Assembly: GCA_963779415.1 (NCBI GenBank)
Contig: CAVZYA010000001.1
Span: forward strand, 516,519-580,518
Direction: 5' to 3'
Source: an uncultured Acidobacteriota bacterium
Lineage (GTDB): Bacteria > Acidobacteriota > Thermoanaerobaculia > UBA5066
Length of the DNA stretch: 64,000 nucleotides
Position 1 is the first letter of the stretch; every line of letters begins with the position of its first letter. The notes under the pieces were generated by a model. It was not told the DNA's origin. It ran no database searches and worked only from the letters and a program-made list of their open reading frames with translations. A program made the translations under genes and the position numbers. Below are positions 44,738 to 54,366 of the stretch, piece by piece.

Positions 44738-46608
44738 CGACGCTTGCTCGCCGGCAGGCCCTCTTGCGCGCCGGGCTGTTCGACGAACATTCCGAGCGAA
44801 ATCGCGATCATCGACCGGACGCTGCGGCTCGTCGACAACAACCGCGCCTGCGTCGAGCAGCACGGCGAGGGGCTCGGAGCAGCCGTGCTATCGAGTCCTC
44901 AGGGGCCGGAACACGCCCTGCAGGGACTGCCCGGCGCCCCGAGTCTTCGCCGAGGGCCGGCCCTCTGTGCTGGAGACGACCGGGCGCGACAAACAGGCCC
45001 GGGCGTTCCCACCTCCTGCTGCAGCTCATCCCGCTCCGCGGGCGCGAAAGGCGACGTGACCCACCTCGCGGAGCTCGCCATCGACCTGACGGCATCGAGA
45101 CAGCTCCAGAGCGAATACCAGACGCTCTTCGAGAAAGTGCCGTGCTACGTCTGCGTTCTGAACCGGGACTTCCGGGTCGTCAAGGCGAACGAGCGGTTCC
45201 GTGAGGTCTTCGGGGTCGCGGCCGGAGAGCCCTGCCACATGGTCTACAAGCGGCGGCCGATGAAATGCACGAACTGCGCCGCGGAGAAGGTCTTTGCCGA
45301 CGGCGTCCTGCGCACGGCGCACCATGCCGGCGTCACCCGTGAGGGGAAGGCCGCCTACTACATCGTGAGCACCGCGCCTCTGCTCCACTCGGGAAACGAG
45401 GTCACACACGTCATCCAGATGGCCCTGGACGTGACCGAGCTGCGCGCCTTGAGGCAGGAGCTGGATCAGGCGAGCCGCCTTCGCGAGGCGCTCGTGGAGA
45501 CCTCGCCGGAGGCCATCGTCGTCCTGGACAACGCCGGGAAGGTCCTGATCTTCAACCGCGCCGCCGAGGCGCTCTGGGGCGTGGCGCGCCAACGCGTGGT
45601 CGGCCACGTCTGGCGCTCCGCGTTCCTGGAGGCCTCGGTGGTCGATCTCTATCGCGGCCGTCAGGAGCGCCTCGAGCTCGAGGAGACGCTGGCCGCGCCC
45701 CGGCAGGGCGAGCCGATCCCGGTGCTCGCGTCGGGCGTGACGTCTGCGGGATGAGGACGGGGGCGTCGCTGGGGCGGCCCTGCTGCTGCACGACCTTCGG
45801 GCGCGAAAGCAGCTCGAGAAGGAGAAGCTGGAGGCCGAGCGCCTGGCCGCCGTGGGCCAGACGGTCGCCGGGCTGGCCCACGGCATCAAGAACATTCTCA
45901 CCGGTCTCGAGGGCGGAATGTACGTGACCTCCACGGGCCTCGAACGGCACGACGACGCCCGCATCCGCCAGGGCTGGGGGATGCTGGAGCGCAACATCGG
46001 CAGGATCTCCACGCCTCGCCCGCAACCTGCTGGAGTTCTCGCGCGGCGAGGAGCCGCACCCGGAGATGGTGGATCCGGCGGCCCTCGTGGCCGAGGTCGC
46101 CGACCTCTATCGCGACAGCGCCCGCCAGCACGGCGTCGAGATCGTGGTCGAGGCGAACGGGCCCGTGCGGCCCGCCTCGCTCGACCACAAGGGCGTGGCG
46201 AGCTGCCTGGAGAACCTGGTCTCCAACGCCCTCGACGCCTGCCTCGTCAGCCGCCGCCCCTCGCCCCGGATCACGCTTCGCGCCATGGATCACGGTGATA
46301 ACCTCGAGTTCGAAGTCGCCGACACCGGGTGCGGCATGGACTACGAGGTCAAGCAGAAGGTCTTCACGAGCTTCTTCTCCACGAAGGGCGCCGGGGGGAC
46401 GGGGATCGGCCTGCTCCTGACGCGGAAGATCGTCCAGCAGCACGGCGGCGCCATCACGTTCGAGACGACGCCGGAGACGGGGACCACGTTCCGGCTGACG
46501 TTCCCCCGGGAGCGCCTGCCACGACCGGCGGCGGGGGCAACGGGGCCCCGGAAGGCAGTTCCCGCCGAGAGCGGCGCCGGGGCGGTCCCCGAGGCCAGGA
46601 AGGAGTGA
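44734..46608 (+). pseudogene. PAS-PAS-PAS histidine kinase, interrupted by about six apparent +1 frameshifts; may be an assembly error
   Basis: The pieces lie in three frames: MTTLARRQALLRAGLFD / IPSEIAIIDRTLRLVDNN.. / QPCYRVLRGRNTPCRDC.. / ..HLLLQLIPLRG / KGDVTHLAEL..PCHMVYKRRPMKCTNC.. / LRDEDGGVAGAALLLHD..VGQTVAGLAHGIKN (H-box) / RLARNLLEFSRG..DTGCGM..GGTGIGL (HATPase). Confidence 0.75.
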
Positions 46609-46611
46609 TCG

Positions 46612-47159
46612 ATGCGTCAGGCAACCGAGGTGACGGTACTGGTGGTGGACGACGACCCGGACGTCACGACCTTCCTCGGGACGATCCTCGGCGACGCGGG
46701 GATGCATGTGGTCACCGCGCACGACGGCCAGGAGGCTCTGGACCGGCTGCACGAGTTCACGCCGGACCTCATCTCCCTCGACCTCGTGATGCCGGGCAAG
46801 TCCGGCGTGCGGCTCCTGCACGACCTGCGCAAGCATCCGAGCTGGCAGCGGATCCCGGTGATCATCGTCACCGGTCACGCGCGGGACGAAAAGATACGGA
46901 GGGATCTCGACCAGGTGCTGGCGGAGAGCGCCATCTCGGGTCCGTCCGTCTATCTGGAGAAGCCGGTCACGGCGCGGGCCTATCTGGAGACAGGTCTGCC
47001 GGGTCGTCGGTGTGACGCCGCCCGGGCGGGGGACCGGCCCCCGGGCCGGACCGGCTGAAACACGAACTCGCCGAGCTGCTCGCCGGGGCCGACGAGGAGA
47101 GCCTGGCGCGGGCGATCGAGACTCTCAAGGCCGGGCGGCCGGTCAAGACGCCAGCCTAG
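46612..47159 (+). pseudogene. Response regulator receiver protein; the C-terminal tail appears frameshifted twice (~46992, ~47028)
   Basis: The receiver is intact: VLVVDDDPDV..LISLDLVMPGKSG..VIIVTGH..YLEKPV. A plausible tail, PDRLKHELAELLAGADEESLARAIETLKAGRPVKTPA*, lies two frames over and ends at TAG 47157-47159. Confidence 0.65.
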
Positions 47160-47179
47160 GCGCGGAAGGGGAAGACGTC

Positions 47180-47576
47180 ATGGAAAAGCCGGGACGGATC
47201 CTCGTCATCGACGACGATGCGGACATCGTCGCCTACCTCGGAACGATCCTTCGGGACCACGGCTACGAAGTCCTCTCCGCCACCGACGGCGCTGCGGGTC
47301 TCGAGCTGGCCCGCCGCGAGCGCCCCGACCTGATCTGCCTGGACATCGCCATGCCGCCGCCGACGGGCGTCCGCGTCTACCGCGATCTGCGGGACGATCC
47401 CGGCCCTGAAGGGGATCCCGGTGGTGATGGTGACCGGCGTCATGCCGCAGTTCAAGGAGTTCATCCATCACCGCAAGAAGGTCCCGCCCCCGGACGGCTA
47501 CATCCAGAAGCCGTTCGAACCCGCGGACGTGATCGCCACTCTCGGAAAGCTCCTGGCGCCGGCCGCGCGCGCCTGA
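47180..47576 (+). pseudogene. Single-domain response regulator, one apparent +1 frameshift at ~47402
   Basis: MEKPGRILVIDDDADIV..LICLDIAMPPPTGVRVYRDLRDDP, then in the next frame ALKGIPVVMVTGV..GYIQKPFEPADVIATLGKLL*, ending at TGA 47574-47576. Confidence 0.7.
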
Positions 47577-47579
47577 CGG

Positions 47580-49025
47580 TTACGTCGCCAGGTGGATCCG
47601 CTTCGTGTAGGCCATCTCCTCGATCTTGTCGGTCGAGCCGTAGAGGCCGCTGTCGCGGATGCCGCCGATGGGTAGCGTGTAGTCGCTGTAGAGAGGCCCC
47701 TCGTTGATCATGACCCGCCCGGCCGCGAGGTCCCGTCCGATCGCCGCCGCCTGCTCCCGCTCCCCGAAGATGCTGGCTCCGAGGCCGTAGGTCCCGTCGT
47801 TGGCGAGTGCCACCGCCTCGTCGACCGTATCGAAGACGACGAAGGAGCGGACGGGCGCGAAGGCCTCCTCGGTCCAGAGGAAGGGCTTCTCGTCATCGGG
47901 TTTTCCGAGAAGCTCCCCTTTCTCGAACTCGATCAGCGTCGGGTAGAAGAAGGGTCCGTCGGCCTTCCCTCCGATCAGGAGGCGGCCCCCCCGTTCCAGC
48001 GCCTCCTGGACCTGGTACGTCGCGATGTCCAGGCTCTCGTGCTTCCCGATCGGGCCGATGTCCGTCTCCTCGAGTCGGGGATCGCCCATCTTGAGCCGGC
48101 CGATTCCCTCGATGAGGCGCTCGCGGAACGCCGAGGCGACGGGGCGCTGGACGAGGAACCGCTTGGCGGCGATGCAGAGCTGGCCGCTGTGCGCAAACCC
48201 GCCGAGGAGGCCGGCGGCCGCGGCCTGTGGCAGGTCGGCGCTCGCGAGGACGATGAACGGGTCGTTTCCCGCGAGTTCGGGAACGTACTTCTTCATCCGG
48301 CCGCCGACGTGGAGCATGCACTCGCCGAGCGTCTTCTTCGTCCGTTCGAGATAAGACCCCATCTTGATCAGGTTGTCCTTCCCGACGGGGCTGGACGCAT
48401 AGTGGACGAGGACGTCGACCTCGGGGTTCTCGATGAACTCCCACGCGGCGTCCTCGCCGGGGCAAGTGGAGACCTGCGCGCCGTCCGCCGGGCAGCCCGC
48501 CTCGACGACGATCTGGACGATTCGCTGGCAGATCAGGGGAACGAGGCTGGAGGGCTTCTCGATGACGGCGTTCCCGGCCCCGAGCGCGGCCAGCATCGTG
48601 TAGAGCGGGACGACGAGGGGCGTGTTCCGCGGCGGGAGGACGCCAACGACGCCGTACGGCTCGCGGTAGAGGATGTTCCTTCCCTTGGCCGCGTGAAGCT
48701 CCCTCGGTTTGAGCAGCTCGAGACGCCGCTCGAGGTTCGCGGCGCTGGCGATGGCCCGCTCCATCTCCCACCGCGCGAATTTTCGCGGCTGGCCCCCTTC
48801 ACGAACCATCAGCTCCTCGAACTCGGCCCGCCTCGCCTCGAGCCGCGCCGCCACGCGGCGCCCCAGCCCGGCCCGCTCCTCGAAGGTCGTCTTTCGGACG
48901 GATTCCTTGGCCAGAAACGCCTTGTGGATCCTGGCGCGCAGGTCCCGGCGCGTGTCCACCGCCACCTCGCCGATCACCTCGCCCGAGAACTTGTCGCGGA
49001 TCTCCGTCCTTCTGAGGCTGAGCAT
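47580..49025 (-). CDS. Aldehyde dehydrogenase family protein
   Basis: 481 aa with ..LPPRNTPLVVP.., ELAGNDPFIV (catalytic Glu region) and GQLCIAAKRFLV (catalytic Cys). Confidence 0.9.
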   Translation of the reverse strand: MLSLRRTEIRDKFSGEVIGEVAVDTRRDLRARIHKAFLAKESVRKTTFEERAGLGRRVAARLEARRAEFEELMVREGGQPRKFARWEMERAIASAANLERRLELLKPRELHAAKGRNILYREPYGVVGVLPPRNTPLVVPLYTMLAALGAGNAVIEKPSSLVPLICQRIVQIVVEAGCPADGAQVSTCPGEDAAWEFIENPEVDVLVHYASSPVGKDNLIKMGSYLERTKKTLGECMLHVGGRMKKYVPELAGNDPFIVLASADLPQAAAAGLLGGFAHSGQLCIAAKRFLVQRPVASAFRERLIEGIGRLKMGDPRLEETDIGPIGKHESLDIATYQVQEALERGGRLLIGGKADGPFFYPTLIEFEKGELLGKPDDEKPFLWTEEAFAPVRSFVVFDTVDEAVALANDGTYGLGASIFGEREQAAAIGRDLAAGRVMINEGPLYSDYTLPIGGIRDSGLYGSTDKIEEMAYTKRIHLAT

Positions 49026-49072
49026 CTCTTCGCGATGCTAGCACCGGCCTCCGACGACGATTTCCTCGGAAC

Positions 49073-49088
49073 TGTGAAAGGTTTCACG
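49073..49088. promoter_or_regulatory. CRP/FNR-type operator candidate 1
   Basis: TGTGA-AAGGTT-TCACG matches 9 of 10 positions of TGTGA-N6-TCACA, with a core palindrome GTGAAAGGTTTCAC. It sits in the divergent ALDH/OFA intergenic region. Confidence 0.4.
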
Positions 49089-49154
49089 GATAAACGGGGA
49101 GCTTCGGCCTATCCATGGAGGGTCAGGCGGGGAGAGTGCGGGACGCTGCGGTTT

Positions 49155-49170
49155 GGTGAGACGTTTCACA
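49155..49170. promoter_or_regulatory. CRP/FNR-type operator candidate 2
   Basis: GGTGA-GACGTT-TCACA matches 9 of 10 positions of TGTGA-N6-TCACA. It lies 82 bp from candidate 1 and 38 bp upstream of ATG 49208. Confidence 0.4.
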
Positions 49171-49207
49171 ACAACAACCGTGCAACCGGCATAGTGGAGA
49201 GAAAACC

Positions 49208-50467
49208 ATGGAAGAGAAAACGCTCAGTCGCTCCTGGCGCATCGTCGGGGGCCTCTTCATGAACCTGGCGCTCGGCTCTCTGTATGCCTGGAGCGTCTTC
49301 GTCGCGCCCCTGGAGAAGGAATTCGGGTGGAAGCGGGCGGACACGTCCCTCGTCTTCACCTGGGCCGTCGTCGTCTTCGCGATCGCCTTCATTCTCGCGG
49401 GGCGGCTGCAGGACAAGCTCGGGCCCTTCAGGATCTCTCTCACCGGCTGCATCCTCCTGACGGCGGGTTTCATCCTCTGCATGTGGACCAGCAGCCTGAC
49501 CTATTTGATCATCTGCTTCGGCGTCCTCGTCGGCATCGGGAATGGCTTCGGCTACGCGACGCCGATTCCCGTCATGGCGAAGTGGTTCCCGGACAAGCGA
49601 GGCCTCGCCGTCGGACTGGCCGTGGCCGGCTACGGGGGCGGCTCGGCCATCTTCGGACCGCTCGCGAATCTCTGGCTCATCCCGGCGTTCGGGTGGCGCA
49701 GCACCTTCGTCATCCTCGGAGCGATCTTCTTCGTCATGACGCTCATCGGCTCTTTCCTGCTGAAGAACCCTCCGGTGGGCTACCGGCCGCCGGGATGGAC
49801 GCCCGCCGCCGCGGCCAGGACGACGGCCACGGCCTACGAGTTCTCTCCCGGTGAGATGTGGCGCACCCCGGCGGCGTATTTCATGTGGATCGCGTACGCG
49901 CTGGGCACGTCGGCCGGTCTCATGGTCATAAGCCAGCTCGTCCCCTTCGCCAACAGCATGAAAATCCCGAGCGAGGCGCTGGCGGCGATCACGCTCGTCA
50001 TCGGCGCGGCGGGGAACGCCTCGGGCCGGATCTTCTCGGGGTGGATGTCCGACGCACTCGGACGCCTCAATGTCCTGCGCCTCATGATCGGCATCTCCGC
50101 GGTCGCCATGCCGGTCCTCTACCTTACCGGCGGCAACGTGGGGCTGCTCTACGTCATGGTCTTCGTCGTCTACTGGTGCTACGGCACGCAGCTTTCGGTG
50201 AACGCGTCCACGACGTCCGATTTCTGGGGGACGAAGAACGCCGGGATCAACTACGGCATCCTGTTCACCGCCTGGGGCGTGGCCGGCATCCTGGGACCCC
50301 GGATCGGCGGCGCGTTGTTCGACAAGTACAAGAACTACGAAGCGGCTTTCTTCGTCGCGGCGGGCCTTGCCGTCGTGGCCCTCCTCTTCGAGCTTCTGGC
50401 GAGACGCCCCGCCGCGCCGGTGCAGACCGGCGTGGAGGCGCGACTCGCCGCCGGGGTCAAGGCCTGA
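49208..50467 (+). CDS. MFS transporter, oxalate/formate antiporter (OFA) family (second copy)
   Basis: 419 aa. WRIVGGLFMNLALGSLYAWSVF and AGRLQDKLGPF parallel the transporter at 6119-7345. Confidence 0.88.
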   Translation: MEEKTLSRSWRIVGGLFMNLALGSLYAWSVFVAPLEKEFGWKRADTSLVFTWAVVVFAIAFILAGRLQDKLGPFRISLTGCILLTAGFILCMWTSSLTYLIICFGVLVGIGNGFGYATPIPVMAKWFPDKRGLAVGLAVAGYGGGSAIFGPLANLWLIPAFGWRSTFVILGAIFFVMTLIGSFLLKNPPVGYRPPGWTPAAAARTTATAYEFSPGEMWRTPAAYFMWIAYALGTSAGLMVISQLVPFANSMKIPSEALAAITLVIGAAGNASGRIFSGWMSDALGRLNVLRLMIGISAVAMPVLYLTGGNVGLLYVMVFVVYWCYGTQLSVNASTTSDFWGTKNAGINYGILFTAWGVAGILGPRIGGALFDKYKNYEAAFFVAAGLAVVALLFELLARRPAAPVQTGVEARLAAGVKA

Positions 50468-50602
50468 TGGAGATCCTGCGGCTGTCGCCCGGGCCGTAGC
50501 CGATCCCGGTGAATCTCCGGACCTCCGCCAAGGTCTGCCGGGCGAAGGCGAGGGCCCGGGCGGCACCTTCTCGGCGTACCGGATCGCTTCGAAGGGCTCC
50601 TT

Positions 50603-51463
50603 CTAGGAAGAAAAGAGAGCGGCGGCGTTTTCGAAGAGGATCTTCCGCTTCACATCGGCCGGAAGCGGGAGCGAGAGAAACTCCTCCACGTTCCGGCGCA
50701 TCGACCGGACCCCCATCGAGGGCCAGTCCGTGCCCCACAGGACCCGGTCGGCAACGTCGCCGAGCCTCGGGAGGACGTCGAGAAGCCTCCTCGGCGGGAT
50801 CCCCGAGACGTCGAGCCGGACGTTCGGATGCCGGCGGACCAGAAAGAAGGCCGTGTCATACCAGAGCGGCCGGCCCGCGTGACAGAGGACGAGGGTCGTC
50901 CCGGGAAAGTCGACCGCCACGTCGTCGCACGGCATCGGGTCGGCGTGGACGTTCCGGGCTCCGGGGAATATGGACGTCCCGGTATGGATCAGGACGGGCC
51001 GCCTCGCTTCGCCGGCCAGCCGGTAGACCTCGGCGAGGGAGGGGCAATCGGTCCTGTAGGCGTTCGCCGCCAGCTCCATGTGCGGGGGGTGGATCTTGAT
51101 CGCGCCGACGCGGTGGACGTCGAGGAGCCTCTTCATCTCCCCGGCGACGTCGCGCGTGTGCCGAGGATGGATTCCGCCGACCGGGACGAGACGGTCGCGG
51201 TGTCCCGCGACGTATCGGGCGATCCAGGGGTTCACGCTCGCCGTGAGGCCCATGACCTCGGGCGAGACGGAGGTGATCAGCGCGGCCCGGGCGATTCCCT
51301 CGGCGTCCATCGCCTTGAGAAGCTCGTCGGCCGACTCGCCCACCCGCGCGACGAGGTCGAGGTCTTCCCGTCCCTCCGTCATCGCCCGCCGGGCCCCTTC
51401 CTTGAGCTGGTCGTTCGGGCCGACGTGGATGTGGGCGTCGAAAACCGGGAATGACGGCGACAC
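50603..51463 (-). CDS. Amidohydrolase-2 family metal-dependent hydrolase (TIM barrel)
   Basis: FDAHIHVGPND at the N-terminus, IHPPHMEL, LIHTG and LVLCHAGRPLWYD. Confidence 0.85.
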   Translation of the reverse strand: MSPSFPVFDAHIHVGPNDQLKEGARRAMTEGREDLDLVARVGESADELLKAMDAEGIARAALITSVSPEVMGLTASVNPWIARYVAGHRDRLVPVGGIHPRHTRDVAGEMKRLLDVHRVGAIKIHPPHMELAANAYRTDCPSLAEVYRLAGEARRPVLIHTGTSIFPGARNVHADPMPCDDVAVDFPGTTLVLCHAGRPLWYDTAFFLVRRHPNVRLDVSGIPPRRLLDVLPRLGDVADRVLWGTDWPSMGVRSMRRNVEEFLSLPLPADVKRKILFENAAALFSS

Positions 51464-51548
51464 CCGCGGGATAATAACGAAGCCCGGCCGTCGCTCCTTC
51501 GGTGCTAAGCTGAAGGGGACGGGGGGAAAGGGGACGACTTCCGCGCCG

Positions 51549-54354
51549 ATGCGAACCCTCTTCCTGCCGCCGACCTACCAGGACTCCGCGGAATCGGGTC
51601 GGCTCATCCTGCGCGACGGATCGACGGCATTCATCCGCCCGGCAGAGCCGTCGGACTTCGAAGAGCTGCGGGAGTTCTTTCGCCAGCTCTCGCCCGAGTC
51701 GAAGCGCCGCCGCTTCTTCTCCATCGCCGACCCGGCGAAGGCGCTCCTCGAACGGCAGTGCGATTCCTCCAATCCCCGCGTCCAGCTGACTCTGATCGTC
51801 ATCCGGATCGTGAGCGGCGCCTCGCGGATCATCGCGACCGCCTCCTACGTCGCGCGGGACGAGACGAGCGCCGAGGTCGCCTTCGCGGTCGACGACGAGT
51901 TCCAGGGACGAGGCCTCGGAGGCCTCCTTCTCGAGCGCCTGGCCCTCATCGCCGCCCGGTACGGCTTTGTCCGCTTCTGGGCCGTGACGCGTCTCGAGAA
52001 CGCCCTGATGCTCGACACGTTCCGCCGCTCGGGCTTCCCGCTCCACACGAAGGTCGAGGACGAGTGTGTCGAGATCGACTTCTCCGTCGCCCAGAGCGAG
52101 GACAGCGTCAGTCACTCGGAGTCGCGGGACCGTCTCTTCACCACGGCCTCGCTCCACCCCCTGTTCCGTCCCCGCGCCGTCGCCCTCATCGGCGCCTCAC
52201 GCGACGTCTCCAGCATCGGCTGGCGCATCCTCGACGGGCTCGTTCAGAGCGGCTTTCACGGCCCGGTCTACGCGGTGAACCCGAATGCGACGCACGTCCA
52301 CTCGCTGCCGGCCTACTCTTCGGCCCGCGAGATCCCGAAGGGGACCGATCTCGCCATCGTGGCGATCCCGCGCGAGGGCGTGCTGGATGCCGTGGACGAT
52401 TGCGCCGCCGCCGGCGTCCGCGCCCTCGTCGTCGTCACGGTCGGCTTTCTGGACAGCTATTCCGGAGGACGTGACCTGCAGGAGAAGCTCCTCGAGAGGG
52501 TTCGCGGCCACGGGATGCGCCTCGTCGGTCCCAACTCGATGGGCGTCGTCAACACCGATCCGGAGATCCGGCTCAACGCCTCGGTCTCCCCCGTCCTGCC
52601 TCCACGCGGGAGCGTGGCGATGTCGTCCCAGAGCGGCGTCCTCGGCATGGCGATGCTGGCTCTCGCGCGGCAGCGCCATGTCGGCGTCTCGACCTTCATC
52701 AGCGTCGGCAACAAGGCCGACATCTCCGGCAACGACCTTCTGCAGTACTGGCAGGGGGACGATGCGACACGCGTCATCCTTCTCTATCTGGAGTCCTTCG
52801 GAAATCCGCGCCGCTTCGCCCGGATCGCGCGGGTCGTGAGCCGGGAAAAGCCGATCGTCGTCGTGAAGGCGGGACCGGCCCCGGAGCCCGCCCGATCCGC
52901 CGCCGCGACGCTCGTCGCGGGCGAAGCCGTCGTGAACGCGCTCTTCCGTCAGACGGGGGTCATCCGGGCCGACACGCTGGACGAGATGTTCGACCTCGCG
53001 GCCGCTCTCGACCGGCAGCCTCTTCCGGCAGGGCGCCGCGTCGCGATCCTCTCGGACGGGAGCGGTCCCGGCATCCTCTGCGCGGGCGCCTGCGAGGCGG
53101 CCCGTCTGACCGTGCCGCCGCTCTCGGAGACGACGGCGGAGCGGCTCGCGACTTTCCTCCCCTCCGGCACGCCGATCGGCAACCCCCTGGAGCTCGTCTT
53201 CTCGCCGACTCCGGAGCCGTACCGGCAAGCCCTCGAGACGCTCCTCAAGGCTCCCGAAGTGGACGCCCTCATCGCGATTCACACGCCGCTCGACGAGAGC
53301 GGTTCGGAGGCCATGGTGGAGGCGATCCGGCAGGGAGCCGCGGCGGCGCGCGCCTCGGGAGGCGACGGCAAGCCGGTCCTCGCGTGCCTCCTCGCGAAGG
53401 AGGACGCCGGTGCGCCGGTGGTTCTCGGAGAGTCGAGCATTCCGACGTATGCGTTTCCGGAGTCGGCCGCGCGGGTTCTCGGGAAGGTGGCCGCTTACGC
53501 GGAGTGGCGCGCCGGCTCCGCACGGGGTCATTCCCGACTTCGACGACATCGACCCGGCGGCCGCCCGTTCGATCTGCCGGAAAGCGATCGAGGAGCGCGG
53601 AGCCGGACCTCTCACTTCGGACGAGGCGAGGGCGGTCCTTCAGGCCATGCACCTTCCCGTCGCTCCGGGCGGGGTCGCCCGGACGCCCGACGAGGCCGTG
53701 GCGCTCGCCCGGGGAATCGGATTTCCCGTCGCCGTCAAGCTCGCTTCTCCCCGGATCCGCCAGAAGACCGAGAAGGGAGCCGTTCACCTGAACGTGGAGG
53801 AGGAGATCGGGGTCCGGCTGGCTTTCGGGGCGATCCGAAAGACGAGGGAAGCGGATCACAACCCGGAGGCGATGGAGGGAGTGCTGGTCCAGCCGATGGC
53901 CGGAACCGACGTCGAGGTGATGGTGAGAGTCGTGGAGGACCCTCTCTTCGGGCCTCTCGTCGTCTTCGGTCTGGGCGGGATCCACGTCGAGGTGATCGCC
54001 GATGCGGGTCTGCGCGTGACGCCGCTGACCGATCGCGCCGCCCAGGCGATGGTCCGGGAGATCCGGGGTTATTCCCTCCTCGAGGGGTACCGGGGGCATC
54101 CTCCCGCCGACGTTTCGGCCATCCACGACGTCCTTCTGCGCGTCTCTCGCCTCGTCGAAGAGGTCCCCGACATCTCGGAGGTCGATCTGAGCCCGATCTT
54201 CGTCGGGCCCCCCGGCGGAGGGTGCTACATCTTCGACTCGCGAATCGACGTGGCTCTCCCCCGGAAGGACCGGGCGGCCCGCTACACCGTTCCCCCCCTT
54301 CCCGTCGTCCGCAAGGAAGCGGTCGCCATCTCCCCCGCCGAGGCGCCGAGGTAG
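51549..54354 (+). CDS. Pat-like bifunctional GNAT acetyltransferase / NDP-forming acyl-CoA-synthetase-like protein (GNAT at the N-terminus); one apparent +1 frameshift at ~53524-53527
   Basis: ATG 51549 lies within ORF 51078..54383; the upstream part of that ORF is antisense to the amidohydrolase. GNAT: VDDEFQGRGLGGLLLERL. CoA-binding: LFRPRAVALIGASRDVSSIGWRIL..AVNPNATHV. The ATP-grasp part continues in ORF 53410..54354 (..GFPVAVKLASPRIRQKTEKGAVHL..). Confidence 0.85.
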
Positions 54355-54366
54355 CGAGGAGCTTTC

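Noticed and set aside
42295-45204. A single 969-aa ORF spanning NrfD, cytochrome, receiver and the kinase N-terminus.
   Set aside because: Beyond ~44140 its translation is Arg/Pro-rich nonsense, whereas the neighbouring frames give CxxCH motifs, a receiver domain and PAS domains with ATGA-coupled starts. It is open only by chance in GC-rich sequence.
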